Origin: Podospora anserina | Lineage: Eukaryota | Length of the DNA: 64,000 bases | Direction of reading: 5' to 3' | Assembly (NCBI GenBank): GCA_017654855.1 | Contig: CM030336.1 | Coordinates: 992,001 to 1,056,000, forward strand | Shown: one piece after another, positions 51,189 to 64,000 of the stretch | How the letters are laid out: every line of letters starts with the position of its first letter | Numbering within the stretch: the stretch's first letter is position 1 | Made by a program: the position numbers and the translations under genes | The notes under the pieces: model-generated | Databases searched by the model: none | Told to the model about the DNA's origin: nothing | Seen by the model: the letters and a program-made list of their open reading frames with translations, nothing else

Positions 51189-51590
51189 ATGGTCAGCGCC
51201 AAGTACCTCCTCCTCGCGGCTGCCAGCTGCGTTACCGTCGCCGCCCAAGGTAGCGTCTGGTGGCACACTTGCGGGTAAGTGTCTTCTCCTACCACCTATG
51301 AGCTCAAGAATGCCAGTCCTGACAGTCTTCCTAGCAATTGCAAGTGCCCCCACACTGGCTCTCACGAGGGCTTCAGCGGCGTTACCGGGTGTATCAGGCT
51401 CGGCAGCTCCATCCGCTCGGTCGGGCTGACGCGTGTCTGGACCGGCATCGGCTACAAATCAACCACTTGCAGTATTTATTCTGACGACAACTGTAGAGAC
51501 GAGAAGCAGAGTGTGGGCTCCAGTGGAACGTACTCTTGTACTGCGTTTAACCAGAACTCGGGGAGTATGAGGTGCTACTTCAATGTTTAA
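51189..51590 (+). CDS. Small secreted cysteine-rich protein (113 aa), effector-like
   Basis: TATAAA at ~51088; signal peptide MVSAKYLLLAAASCVTVAAQG; intron 51275-51334; 8 Cys in the mature peptide. Confidence 0.85.
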
Positions 51591-51789
51591 ATGGGTGGCT
51601 GGTGTTTCAACATGGGGTTGGACAGTCAAGGGGGAGGAGCTGGATTGATGAGAAGGGGGGTCATGTTTTTCACTGTTCCAGTCCTTTCGAAGAGACTTTT
51701 GGGCACCATTAGGCCTTTATGGAATAGCATCATCGTATATTGGTGCCGTTCTTGATCTTCCTCTAGTGATACCTATCGCTCCAAGACTT

Positions 51790-52643
51790 TCAAAAACTAC
51801 CCCTATCTTGCAGATTCCAAGGGTCATAGCCTACTCCTACGCCAACCCCGCTAGATACCCTTCTTGACCCATGAACAGACTGCGCCTTTGGGGCCTCTGG
51901 CAACTCCCAATGGTCATTGTTCACACTGATTTCGACTCTTTGCATCGACATCCGGGCACTGTTACTGGATATGTTGTTGGCGGAACGTGATGGCTCCCAG
52001 TAACCACAAAGCCTATCGGATTCCTGTCTGTAAATTGGCATCTCCATTATGGGAGACTCCGCGGACTGTTTCAGAGGTCGTGGCCATTGGGCCCTGTTGT
52101 CCTTTTCCTTCTTGGCTTTCTTGTGACGGTAAACCATCCAAATGACCAGAGTGACTAGAATAGCCAAGACGAGCATCCCACCAGCCCCGGCCCCTGCTAT
52201 AGCCACCACAGGGATCTGTGTTGTTGAGAGGTTTTCCTCTGAGCCCGGTTGCTTTGGTTCTCCCGTGGTCTCTGGTTGTTTGCCAGGCGGGCTCCCTGGA
52301 GGTGCAGCGCCCGTATCTGTGACGAAGAGGGCTTTCACCCGCTCTGAAGACCAGTCCATCTTGTCCATACCCCTAAATGTAAGACAATGTTAGCCTCTTC
52401 TTTTGAAACAACATTGAGAGATAATAGCGTGACACTGACCCCCTTTGGTACCAGTCCTCCAGCCTTTTAGCTCGCACATACTCTTTGGCTTTGGCATCAT
52501 AGTTGTCCTTTCAGACTTGTGCAGTCATGTCGAAGATTAGTAATCCCTGTGGTGCTGAGTCCACGGAGCGATGACTGGCTGCTATGCCGCCGATACTGAG
52601 CACCTGACTGCCCAGCGAGACACATGGACTACAATGGTACGAT
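51790..52643 (-). pseudogene. 3' fragment of a kelch-repeat single-pass membrane protein, truncated by the Copia insertion
   Basis: CVSLGSQVLSIGG..QGLLIFDMTAQV*KDNYDA..WY exon (TGA at an expected Trp), intron, then TM VAIAGAGAGGMLVLAILVTLVIWMVY followed by basic RHKK. Confidence 0.7.
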
Positions 52644-55600
52644 TATTAGGGATATTCCGTTAGAATAAAGATTATTGAAGAAGCTTACTGGTGGGCCCGT
52701 GTCCCTCCTGGAGGGGTCGGAACTCGAATCCACTCGAAGCCTGGAAGGCTGAGAATATAAGCGTCGTCGTAGTAACCACGCCCCTCGTTCCGTCCTCCAA
52801 ATATAAATCTGCAGGAAAGTCAACGACTGTGGGGCACCAAAGGGCCCAGGTTTTCCCAGACCCACACCGGTTTGCTCTTGGGGCTGGATTTTCTTACTAT
52901 TTACTTTTTAACCAACAACCAACTACTGTAATACCAATTTACTTACCATTTTTTGGCCATTTTAGCCTCATTTTCGTAGCCAGTGACTTTCCTAAGTCGC
53001 TAGCCCAACAGGTTATAAGCTCTTTTAACGCTTAAATCATTAAGTAAACTGAAGTCGACGCCCTCGTCGATAACCCGATCTCGTAAGGCCGAATACCACA
53101 CCGGACCTTACGACTTTTCGACCCTTATTAGGCTAATATTATATAATTAAACCTTTCGACGGCGATTTTGGAGGCGTTAAGAGAGTTAACTAACTTCTTA
53201 ATTAACGGAAGCCTAGTTTTAACCCTAACCCTTATTTTAATAAAGAGTTAAAGTAACCGATTACCCCTTACCGATAAAAGTATAATTTACGGTATTAACC
53301 TTCTTTTAATTAAATTTCTTTAGTTTTATTATTTTTATAACCTTTTAGTTAAGAAATTATTATTTTCCGGTAGTAATCGAGAATTTTATTCTGCCTTATT
53401 AAAAGACCGATAGTAAAGTAAGTATTTTACTCTTTATTTAAATTAATTTAATTTACTATTAACGGTTATAAAATTAAATAATATTTTTTTTTAAATTTTT
53501 TTTTTAATGTTTTTCTTATAATATTTTTTTTATAACTTTTCTTTAATTAATTTTTCTTTTAAAATAATTAATATTAACGTTACTATAACCTAGCTTTTAA
53601 AGTTTATAAAAGCTATAAAAAATATTAATACCGTCGCTACGGTTAAATAATAAACCTTTTAAATTTTATTAGTTTTAAATTTAAAAACCGATTTTTTCGG
53701 TTAAAAATTTTAATTAATTTAGTCCCTTATATACTATAGTTTAAAAAATTATATTAAAGTTAATATATAATTATTAATAAAAAAAAATATTTATTTTTAA
53801 TAAATAGTATATTAATAATTTAAATATTTAAAACTTAATAATAATTTCCGTTAAAAAGCCCGAAATTTAATAATAAATTTTTAATTTAGGTTAAAAGGCT
53901 AATAGTATTAATATTTATAGTTTATATTAAAAAATTATTTAAGCCCTATAGCGCGGTACTTTCGATATTATTAATATATTTTTAAAAAAATATTTTACTT
54001 TTAAATATATTAATTTCGCTTTATTCTAAGCTTACTTTAATCGGTTTAAGGTCCTTTATCGTCGTTTTAATATAATAGAAATTAAAATCGGTTATATAGT
54101 TTACTTTTAAATTATTTTAAACGGTATTAAAACCGCGTACCCCGATTTATATAACCGGTTAATAAAAAAAATAAAAAACGGTACTATAATTTAATTATTT
54201 TTTTATTAAAAGTATAGTATTAAAATTATTATAAAAAAAATTATACCGGTTTACTTTAAAATTATTATTAAAATTATTAAAGCTCCGGCCGCAATTATAC
54301 TTTTATTTATTATATTATTAACCTCGATAAAAAAATATAATTAATATATTAAAGGTTTAAAAAAAAATAATTAATATTATATAGGCTATAATTATTATTA
54401 TCCGAAAGGTAAGGCCTATTAATAATATAATTTTAATAAAATTTTAAAGGATTAAAAATATAGGGAAAAAATATAAATAAATAAATAAAAAAAATAATAA
54501 AATATTAATTCGTTAATAAAGATTTTTTAAAGTTATATTAGTAACGTTATTAATATTAAATTTTTAAAGGATCGATTTATTTATAATACTTTAATATTAT
54601 TTAATAATTTTATTAATATATTATTTTTTATTTATTATAATAATAATTAATTAGATTTTTGTTTCGGCCTTTATAAATAATATTTTTATTAATAAATACC
54701 TTTAAAGTCTAATAGGCTATTAAAATATTTAAAAACTATATATATTACGATTCCGGATATATAAATTTCGTATTTAATAAATTAAAGTAATTTACTAAAC
54801 TTTATTTATTATTTAAAGGAAAAAAAAAAAGTTTTTTTCGTTATTAAAAAATATTATAAAGTATAATTATTAAAGTATTATAACGTTATAATTTATCCTT
54901 TTAAATAATTAAATTATTATTTTAAAGTTTAAGGAAATAGTATATTATTTATAGGTACCCGTTAATTTAATATTAACGGGTAAATTATTCGATAAAAATA
55001 TTTTTTAAAATTAAAAAAATTATAATTTAATCTTTAAAAATATTAAATAAGTAATATATAAGTTAATTAAAAATAATAATATATATTAAATAAATATAAT
55101 ATTTAATATTAATTTTAATAAAATATCTTTAATAAAGATTTTTATTAAAACTATAATAATATTTATTAATTACCGGGTAATATATTATTATTTAACATAT
55201 ATTAATAAAAATAATATTTATAAAGTTTATACGTAAGTAAGTATTAAATTTATTAATAATAATTTTTTTTATAAGCCTTATATAATAATAAAAATAATAA
55301 ATTAATTAAATTTATCGACCCCTTTATAAATTAATAATCCGTTTAACTTTATCCGTATTAATATCGTTATTTATAAAAACCTTAAATATTTAGGTTATAA
55401 ATACTTTATTTAATATATAAATATATAAAGTAATTATAAATAAATTAATTTTATAATAATAAAAAAATAAATATTTAATAAAATTAAGGATTTCGAGACG
55501 AAAATCGCGTATTAAATTAGATATAAAATTAATATTATTAACTTTAACGGCGGTACGGAATTTATTTAAAGCTTTAAAACCTTTAACGATAGTCGTATAG

Positions 55601-56700
55601 TTATTTAGGCCGATTAGGAAGGTATTATTATCTTTAAAATTATATTTTATTTATTATAAATAAATAAAAAAGTAAAGAGGGTCGTAAGGATTATATTTAA
55701 TTATATTAAAACTATTATATTAGCCTATAAAGTATTAAAGAAATTATTTTTATTTATTATATAATTTATAATTTATATAAATAATTTATTACCCTCGAAA
55801 GTTAATAAAAAAAATATTAATATTTACGAAAAATATATTATAAAATTTAATATACCCGAGGGCGAACGGAAATTATATATTCGGTACTTATATTTATATT
55901 TTTATAACGCGTATTACTATATTAAACCGGTTTATTAAACTAATTTAAATAAATTTATTATTAGGGCGGAAAAAAAAAAGTTTATTAATTATTTAAATAT
56001 ATATAATAAAATATATTAAGTTTAAAACTTAATTATTAATAAAATTATAAAAATTAATATTATAAAGTTTAATAAAAATAATTTTTATAAACTTAACGAT
56101 AATAAATATAAAAATATTAAATATAAAATAATTTTTATTAATAATATTATAACCGAAAAAAAATATTGTTATTAATAAAATAATATTTTTTAAAAAAAAA
56201 ATTATTTTCGATAATAAATTTATTATTATATTAAAACCCGATTTATAATAAAATACTTTAATAATTAAAATAAAAAAAGTTAAAGACTTTAAATAAATTA
56301 TTTTATTTACTTTAAAAGTTATATTATTATTAATATTATTTTTATTATTTAAAGTTTTAAACGTAAAAAACTTTTTTAATCTTAAAAAAGTAAAAAATAT
56401 ATAATTCGAAATATTTATTTTATTAAATTATAATTAAGTATTTTATATTATTAACTTTCCTATTATAAAAAAGTTTATTTCTTTTATAAAGCTAATAAAG
56501 GAGGAAAAAAGTAAAACTATAGGGGGGCTTAATAATAATTAAACCGATAATAAATTATTAAATTTAAATATAAAAAGCTTAATTAAAAACTTTAATAACG
56601 ATTTCGAACTTAATATAAATTATATAGAAAAAGTAATAACTTCTCCGCCGGCTTAAAAGTAATTTCGTAAAGTAATAATAAAAAATTAAAGATTAAACTT
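52644..56700 (+). mobile_element. Ty1/Copia retrotransposon relic (5' LTR 52644-53010 plus gag-pol part), heavily RIPed, 3' part missing
   Basis: LTR ends TATTAGG (RIP of TGTTGGG)...CCCAACA; GGTTATAAGCTC after the LTR matches the fungal Copia PBS-like GGTTATGAGCCC; integrase-like (D/N)GGTEF at 55546-55563. The right boundary is approximate. Confidence 0.75.
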
Positions 56701-56799
56701 TTATAAAAAACTATAGTAAAGTAAATACCTTTATTAAATTTTTTTTATAATATATTTTAATAATTTATAATTATATAAAATAATAATCTATACTTTATT

Positions 56800-59700
56800 T
56801 ATAATTAAAATTAATTATTTTTTATAAATTATTAATAAATTTTATATATTTAAAAATTATTAATAAATAAAAAAGTTCGAAAATTATTATAAATATTAAT
56901 TATTTATTATAAAAAAGTAAAACGCTAATCTATTAAAAAAAAACGTTTATAAATTAATAAATATTATAAATATAGGACTTTCGAAAAATATAATTTTAAA
57001 GTAATTATAGTATAAAGACTATAATTTAAATATCGATTAGAGGGATAATAATTATTTACAATTAAAAGAATTTTAAAAGTATTTAATTAACGATAGGAGA
57101 TTAGGTATATATATAGAGTAAGGTGTAGGATAAATACCCTCTATAATATTATTATAAAAAGCTTAAAAAGTAATAGTATATTTTATTAATATAAATAATA
57201 AAATTAAAGAAATAAGGTTAATAACGTTAGTAAAAATATTGGAGGTTAATAAATATATTTATTATAATAATATAGAAAAAAGCGAAAAAAAAGCGTTATT
57301 AATAGAATATTAAAGATATTTAACCTTTACGGTTAAATATTTAAAGGGACTTTTAGAGTAAAAACCGTAGAATTATAAAATTAAATTAAAAAAAGGAATT
57401 AAATTACAGTTATTTAAAGTTTATTATATTAATAATAAATAAAGTAAAAAATTATAAAAGTATTTAAATAAAAATTTAAAAAAAAAATATATTAAGGAGT
57501 TTATATTATTAATAGGATACCCTATATTTTTTATACCGAAAAAGGATAATAGTTTATAATTATATATAGATTACCGTTAATTAAATATTAAAATAATAAA
57601 AAATAATTATTTATTATTATTAATATTTAAATTACGGAATTAATTAGTAAGGGCGTAATACTTTATATATTTAAATATATTTATCGGGTACGCTTATATA
57701 CAAATTAAAGAAAAAAATAAATAGAAAATAACATTTCGTATACCCTATAATTATTTCGAATATCTTATAATATTATTTAAATTAATTAATATACCCGTAA
57801 CGTTTTAATTTTTTATTAATTATATAATCCGGAAATATTTTAATAAAATAATAATATATTATTTTAATAATATTTTTATTTATTTATATATTTTAAAAAA
57901 GTATAAGCGATATATACGAAAGATATTTAATATATTATACGGAACTAAACTCTTAATTAATAAAGAAAAGAGCGAGTTTTACGTATAAAAAATAATATAT
58001 TTAGGATATTTAATATCGTTAAGTAAGGTTTATATAAAGTTTAAGAAAATTATAATAATTAAAAATTAATTTATATTATAATTATAAATATATATTAAAG
58101 AATTTTTAAGGTTTACGAATTTCTATTAAATATTTATTTATAAATACGTAAGAATCGCGCGATTATTTAATTATTTAATTAAAAAGAACGTGGAATTCCG
58201 GTAAAGGTAAGAAAAAAAGTAAGCCTTTTAGGAGTTAAAAAAGGTTATTTTAAAGGATCCGGTATTTAAATTACTAGACCCTAGTCGACCGTTCGAGGTC
58301 GAGGCTAATATATTAGATTATACAATTAGTAGGTAATTAGGATAGTAAAACGATAACGGAAAGCTATATTTAATAGCTTTTTTTTTGAAGAAATTAGAAG
58401 GAATATATTAAAATTATTTAATCTATAATAAAAAACTATTTATTATTATCGAAATATTTAAAGAATAAAGGTTATACTTTAATAATATTAATTATAAAAT
58501 ATAAGTTTATATAGATTATAAAAACTTATAATATTTTATTATTACGAAGGTCTTTAACGTACGGTAAATATAATAATTAAAGTTTTTTTTAAAATTTTAT
58601 TTTTAAATTAATTATACAAAAAGTTCGGAAAACATTAAAGTAAATGTATTTAGCCGGCGAGCCGACTATTATAAGGATATACTTAGGGAGTTACTACTAT
58701 TACTTAAGGAAATACTAAAAGGTACTTTTAAGTATTTACTTTAGCTATAAATAAAGTATTATATAGTATATTATAAGTAAGCCACTTTTAATAATAAATA
58801 TTAAAAAAAGTTAAGTAACGATATTACGGAATAATATTAGTAAGACGAATTAAAGCTATAAAGTATTTAAAAAGATAGTTAGGGAAGACTATAGTATAAA
58901 AATCGAGTATACGTAAAGCTAAATAATAGGATAATATTAGTGATAGAGATTTATAGATCGAAGTTCGGAGGATATATAAGTATTATAAAGACTATAGAAA
59001 AAATTAAATAGTATTTTAATTAATTAAGGATTAAGAACGACGTTAAGGAAGCTATTTAATTATATTATACGTATGAGAAAACGAGCGTTGTAAAGTATAA
59101 ATTATACGGATTTTTAAAATTATTATTAATAGTAAAATAATTATAAAGTTTAGTTATAATAAACTTTATTATTAAATTATTAAAGTTAAAAAATATAATA
59201 ATTAGCGTTAAATATAATAATATATTAACGGTAATTAATAAATTTATTAAATAAATATATTTTTTATTTAATAAAGAAACTTAATTAGTAAAGTAATTAA
59301 CGAATATAGTATTATAGTATATTATAGTAATATATATATAATTAAAAAAATTTATTACGGACTACGATATTAAATTTATATCGAAGTTTTAAAAAATATT
59401 AATAACGAAGCTTAAAATAATAAATAAAGCGTTTTCGGTTTATTATTTTTAAATAAACGGTTAAATAAAACGATTTAATTAAATTATAAAATAATATTTA
59501 TAAAATTATATTAATTTCGAATAAAATAATTAAATTAAATTATTATTTATAATATAGTTAATATATAATATATTATTAATTAAAATAATTAAAGCTATAC
59601 CGTTTTTCGTAAACTTTAAATATAAAATAGATTTACGGTAAGGATTAAATATAAAAGTATTTAAGGTTAGGGTTAAAGTAAATAAATTATATATATTTTA

Positions 59701-61529
59701 TAATAAATTTAAATAAAAATTAAAGTTTATAAGGGAAAAAATATAGAAATACTATAATATTAAAAAGCTCGAAAGACTTTGCTTTAAAGGGGGGGATATA
59801 ATATTCCTTTTATACGTAATTTACATACTAAAAAATTTAGTAAGAAGCTAGATTATAGGAAAGTAGGCCCGTTTAAAGTTAAAAAAAAAGATTTTAAAAA
59901 CGGTATTCGAATTAGAATTACTTAATACGATACGTTTATAATTATATATTTTTGATATTTTACTTTTAGAACCCGTATTACCAGTAAGTAAGGTTAATAT
60001 ATAGGTAATAGCGGAGGATAAAGAAAAAAAATATAATATAAAAAAAATATTAGATTTATAGTTTAATAAAAGTTAATTAAGATATTTAATTAATTAATTA
60101 AGATATTTAATTATAAATAATTTATAGGAATTAAAAATAAATTTTAATTATTTAAATAAATAAAAGGAATTCTATTAATAATATTTAAACCGATTAAAAC
60201 TTAAGTAAAAGAGATAAGTCTTTAAATTATCGCTAAATAATAATAATATAGAAAGTTAAGAACTTTAATAAGAATCGAATTTACGCTTTTAATATAGTAA
60301 TTAACGTACTATATACTATATTATAAAGTTAAAAAGTATAAAGGGGATTAAATATAAATAATATTATACGTTTTAATTACTTTAAAAAGTAAAAAGTATA
60401 CTATCGGCGGTACTTTACGGGTTTAGGAAGGAAGGACCGGCTATATTAAGATCGAAAGAAAAGTCGGAAGGCTAATTAAGGCCTAAAAAAAGATCTAGAG
60501 CGTAAGGAGATTACGGGACGGTATCCTGGGCGGCGGTCGGCCGCGTAGGAGCACTTAGTAAAGAATCGGGCGGCGCCGTAGCTATAGACTACGCTACCCG
60601 GATATCTTTCTTTTAAATACCGCCGCGAAAAGACGTTCCTTATATATATAAAGAGAGTAATATATTTATTTTATCCGGATAAATTTAATAATTAATTACG
60701 AAAGTTAATTTTTAAACTTTTATTTTTTATATTCGAGCCTATTTTATTTTTTTATCGTTCGGGTTATTATCGAGCGGTTAATAATAGAATAAGAAAAAAA
60801 GGAAAATATATTTATAAATAAAATTAATATTAGACCCGTTATATAGAATTTTACGGTATATATACTTAACGTATTATAAAAATCTAGAGGGTATAATATA
60901 AAGAATTTCGGAAGTAAAATAAGTAAAATATAGTATTATAGTAATACTATAGCGGGAGATTTATAAAGTAAGGGTAAAAAACTTTTTAGTTTTATAATAA
61001 TGTTTTTATATATGGTTAAATATAATAAAAATAAAGAAAAGTAAAGAAAAGTAAAGAGGAAAAACTTATAATATTATTAATAATAAAGGAAGATTAGACT
61101 GTAGGGATTTCGGCCTAGAGGGGGAGTATTATATTACGGTTCTAAAGGATAGTAGGGCTACGATGGATTAATTAGGATTGGACCACGTAATCGAGCGGGG
61201 CTTATAGTTTAAGTAAATAAACGGACTAATTAAATAGGAACCGGGGACCGCGGCGGAGCTTACGGTCCACGGTTTAGTATCGGCTAATTAAAAGAGGACC
61301 GAGGACCGTCTATAAGTTAACGGTCTACGGTCCTAAAGTCTATATATACGGAGGAACTAGCCGGTGTAGATAGATAGTTCCGCAGTATGCAATTTAAGCT
61401 TATATTTACGGTATTTTATATTTATATCGAAATATCTTATTATATATTATTTAGCTGCACCGAACTAATTGTTAGAAATTACCTTTAACCCGTATCCCTT
61501 TCAGAGGTTCTGTATAGAGGTTCGTTACA
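56800..61529 (+). mobile_element. Ty3/Gypsy (chromovirus-type) retrotransposon relic: pol plus 3' LTR; 5' LTR/gag missing
   Basis: RIPed GYPIFFIPKKD..DYR.LN (RT, ~57515), RPFEVEA (RNase H), KKLDYRKVGPFKV (integrase GPF); PPT AGAGGGGGAG before the LTR. The left boundary is approximate. Confidence 0.85.
61132..61529 (+). mobile_element. 3' LTR of the Gypsy element
   Basis: Follows the polypurine tract; ends GGTTCGTTACA; shares its 3' half with the LTRs at 27044 and 48226. The start is +/-5 bp. Confidence 0.8.
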
Positions 61530-61654
61530 CTACCTCCTGCTAAAAAGGATATACTATTTATTACTAATTTTATTTTAACGTCCTTATATAAATCGCCCTT
61601 TCTTATATATTACTAGCCGTACTTATACCGCATAACCTTACATAAATCGTGGTA

Positions 61655-64000
61655 ACGTGTATAATAAGTGAGTGCCGTAGATAAGCGAGCGCCGTAAATA
61701 AGCGAGCGCTATACTTTTCGACGCGACCTAACCCTTTACCTTTAATATTCTATTTTTAAACTTATTAATGTGTGGGTACTACTAAGTGCCCTACTTACTG
61801 CCCTACAGATTGATATTACAGTGGGCAGTACTGCTATAAGCAGTAATGGAACTTCCCGGCTTAGATCCCTTTAGAATATTCTTTACAAGGGACCCTTAAA
61901 AGGCTTACAGGGCTACTGTAGCCTGAGGCTTAGTCAATGGATACTAGAACCTTCCAAAGTGGCTACAGGCTTACGTAGTAAGTTGCTATAATAGTGTGAT
62001 TTACAGGGCACCTCTGCTACCGAAGGTTCTATGGATTTCCGTAAGTCCATACTAGACCCACCTAAGCCTACCAAATACCCTAAAGTGGTATAGGGGCTTC
62101 CAGGGCCTACAGGACCCACAGTAGGCCTACGAAGGCCTATATATAGACCTTTCCTTTCTTCTGTAGAATAGTTCTCTTTCTTTCCTCAAAGGCAAAAGCT
62201 TAAGGCTAAAGCCAAAGGCCAAGGCCAAGGGTAATAAAGGCAATTCTTATTCCTTATACCTCACTATATTACAGTGCTTTACCTTCCTTCGGCACTGCCG
62301 TCGTATCCTCCCGCTTCCGCTTGCGCACTGCTGTATTTTACAGCAACCCTATATAAGTTCTATATTATAGGCCTATCAGGGCTTACCAGCTAACAAAACT
62401 AAAAACTATATTTTTTACCTTTAACGAAGCTAAAGTAATTTTAGCCGCTAAAGCTATAAAAATAATAAAAACCTAAATAAATAAGCTGCAGTAAAGATCT
62501 ATTAAATTAACGATAGAACTATTTGCCGTCGACTTGCTAGTATATTTATATAACGTAATATTTTAATTAATTTACATAAATTTACGGATCTAAAAAAAAA
62601 AATTTATTTAATATATAATTAAGTTATTTATATACGTATTTTATTACTGGCTTTTATATATTAAAAATATAGTTAATCGATTATTATATAAATGCGACGC
62701 GCCTCTTATTAACGTATAATAGGCTTATAATTTCGTTAAACGTTAATTAAAACTTCGAATACGTTTTATATATAAATATAATTATTAAAGGCCTAAATAT
62801 AAAAATCTAAAGATTATTAATAAGTAATTTACTTTTATATAGAATATTAAAGTAAAGTATAATATTATAAATAATAATATTTATAACTTTAATGAAATTA
62901 AGTTTATAATAAATATTATTATTATTATTATAATTATTATAATTTTTAATAGCCGTAGTAAGGTTAAATAGGTTTAGTTTAATAACCGTAAGTAAGCTAC
63001 GGTTATTTAAAACGTAAATATTTTAAATTAAATTATTTTATTATTTATTATTTTAATTAAATAATATTATTTTATTAATTAATATTAAAAATATAGTTTT
63101 CCGGTTATTTAATATATTATAATAATTAATAATAATTAAATTATTAATAAAAGAAATATAAATTAAATTCGGTACTTCGATTTTTATATAGTATTTTGTA
63201 TAAAAAATAAATATCGATTATTAATCCTTAATAATTATAAAAATTATTATTCCGAAGAATTCGAGATTTATTATTAAAAATATAATATTATTATACTATA
63301 TATACTTTTATACTTTTCTTATATATTTTAATTATTAAATATTAATTATTTTATATTATTAAAAAGGGTATATAACTATTAAATTAAATAATTAATATAA
63401 ATAAAGATTATATATATTAATAAATTTAAGTTTTTTTATATATTTAAAGAAATATTTTTTACTTCGATTAAAAAAAAAAATATTTAAAGAGGTTTTACTA
63501 AAGCTAACTTTATACTATATAATTTAAAAAAAGTAATATTTAAGTTAAATATAGGTATGTAGATTTTAATACCCTTAGCCTTAAGCCTAATTACGGTACT
63601 ACTTTAGGTCTTTTAAACGCTATATAATCCTCGAGAAGTTATTTTATAATTAATATTTACTAAAACTCGAATTTTTAATTATTAAAATAGCTTTTTAACT
63701 TTGATATTAACCGCTATAAACTAATTTATTAAAGAAATAATAAGTATAATATATGAGGTAATTCTTTTCTGTATAAATGTCTCTTCGCTACGTAAAGCTA
63801 ATAAGGAGCTTAATAAGAGACGGAAAGCTAAAAAAATATATATGCGGCTTAGAGGGTTACTTACTATATAAGAGGTATAGGATCTACTAAATTAAAAGGC
63901 TATAGGTAAGTAAGTAGCCTAGGAAATATAATAAAGTAGTGGTAATGCAGGGGGGTTTCGTACGAAGATTCGGTGCTGTGGCGTGTGCGGTAAGCCTAGC
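61655..64000 (+). mobile_element. Second pogo/Fot1-type transposon (related subfamily), RIPed, runs off the window
   Basis: TA + ACGT terminus with ATAAGCGAGCGC repeats; colinear with 47522-49831; ends in RCCGVCGKP. Confidence 0.88.
61763..62395. mobile_element. Solo LTR (633 bp) nested just upstream of the transposase start
   Basis: 5-bp TSD AAACT (61758-61762, 62396-62400); ends TATTA (RIP of TGTT.)...TAACA; pogo colinearity resumes after it. Confidence 0.75.

Noticed and set aside
24500-52600. Starship/giant transposon carrying the NLR-like and AAA genes as cargo
   Set aside because: The gene content is reminiscent of such cargo, but no tyrosine-recombinase captain or convincing boundary repeats are visible in this window. 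It cannot be excluded beyond the window.

Overview
Eukaryotic (intron-containing) DNA from a filamentous ascomycete with active repeat-induced point mutation (RIP), most plausibly a Sordariomycete of the Podospora/Neurospora type. Left ~24.5 kb: the 5' end of a flavin monooxygenase gene, two secreted-protein genes and a tRNA-Gln(CTG). These are followed by an apparently intact secondary-metabolite cluster: a highly reducing PKS (KS-AT-DH-cMT-ER-KR-ACP), an MFS exporter, a self-sufficient P450-reductase fusion (CYP505-like), a CFEM/PTH11-like receptor and an FSH1/LovG-type serine hydrolase. From ~25 to 47.5 kb there is an accessory block of P-loop/NLR-like genes in various states of decay: an NWD-type NACHT gene hit by three insertions, an ankyrin fragment and a second NACHT gene. 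It also holds two independent head-to-head pairs, each made of a Walker-A-less NACHT-like protein and a large fungal AAA+ ATPase; this is the strongest candidate for an undescribed system. A CE1 esterase-CBM1 gene and MITEs are interspersed. The right end is a RIP-degraded transposon nest (pogo/Fot1-like DNA transposons, Copia and Gypsy remnants, solo LTRs) surrounding a small cysteine-rich secreted protein gene. All calls are from manual reading of motifs, splice sites, TIRs and TSDs; no database searches were run.
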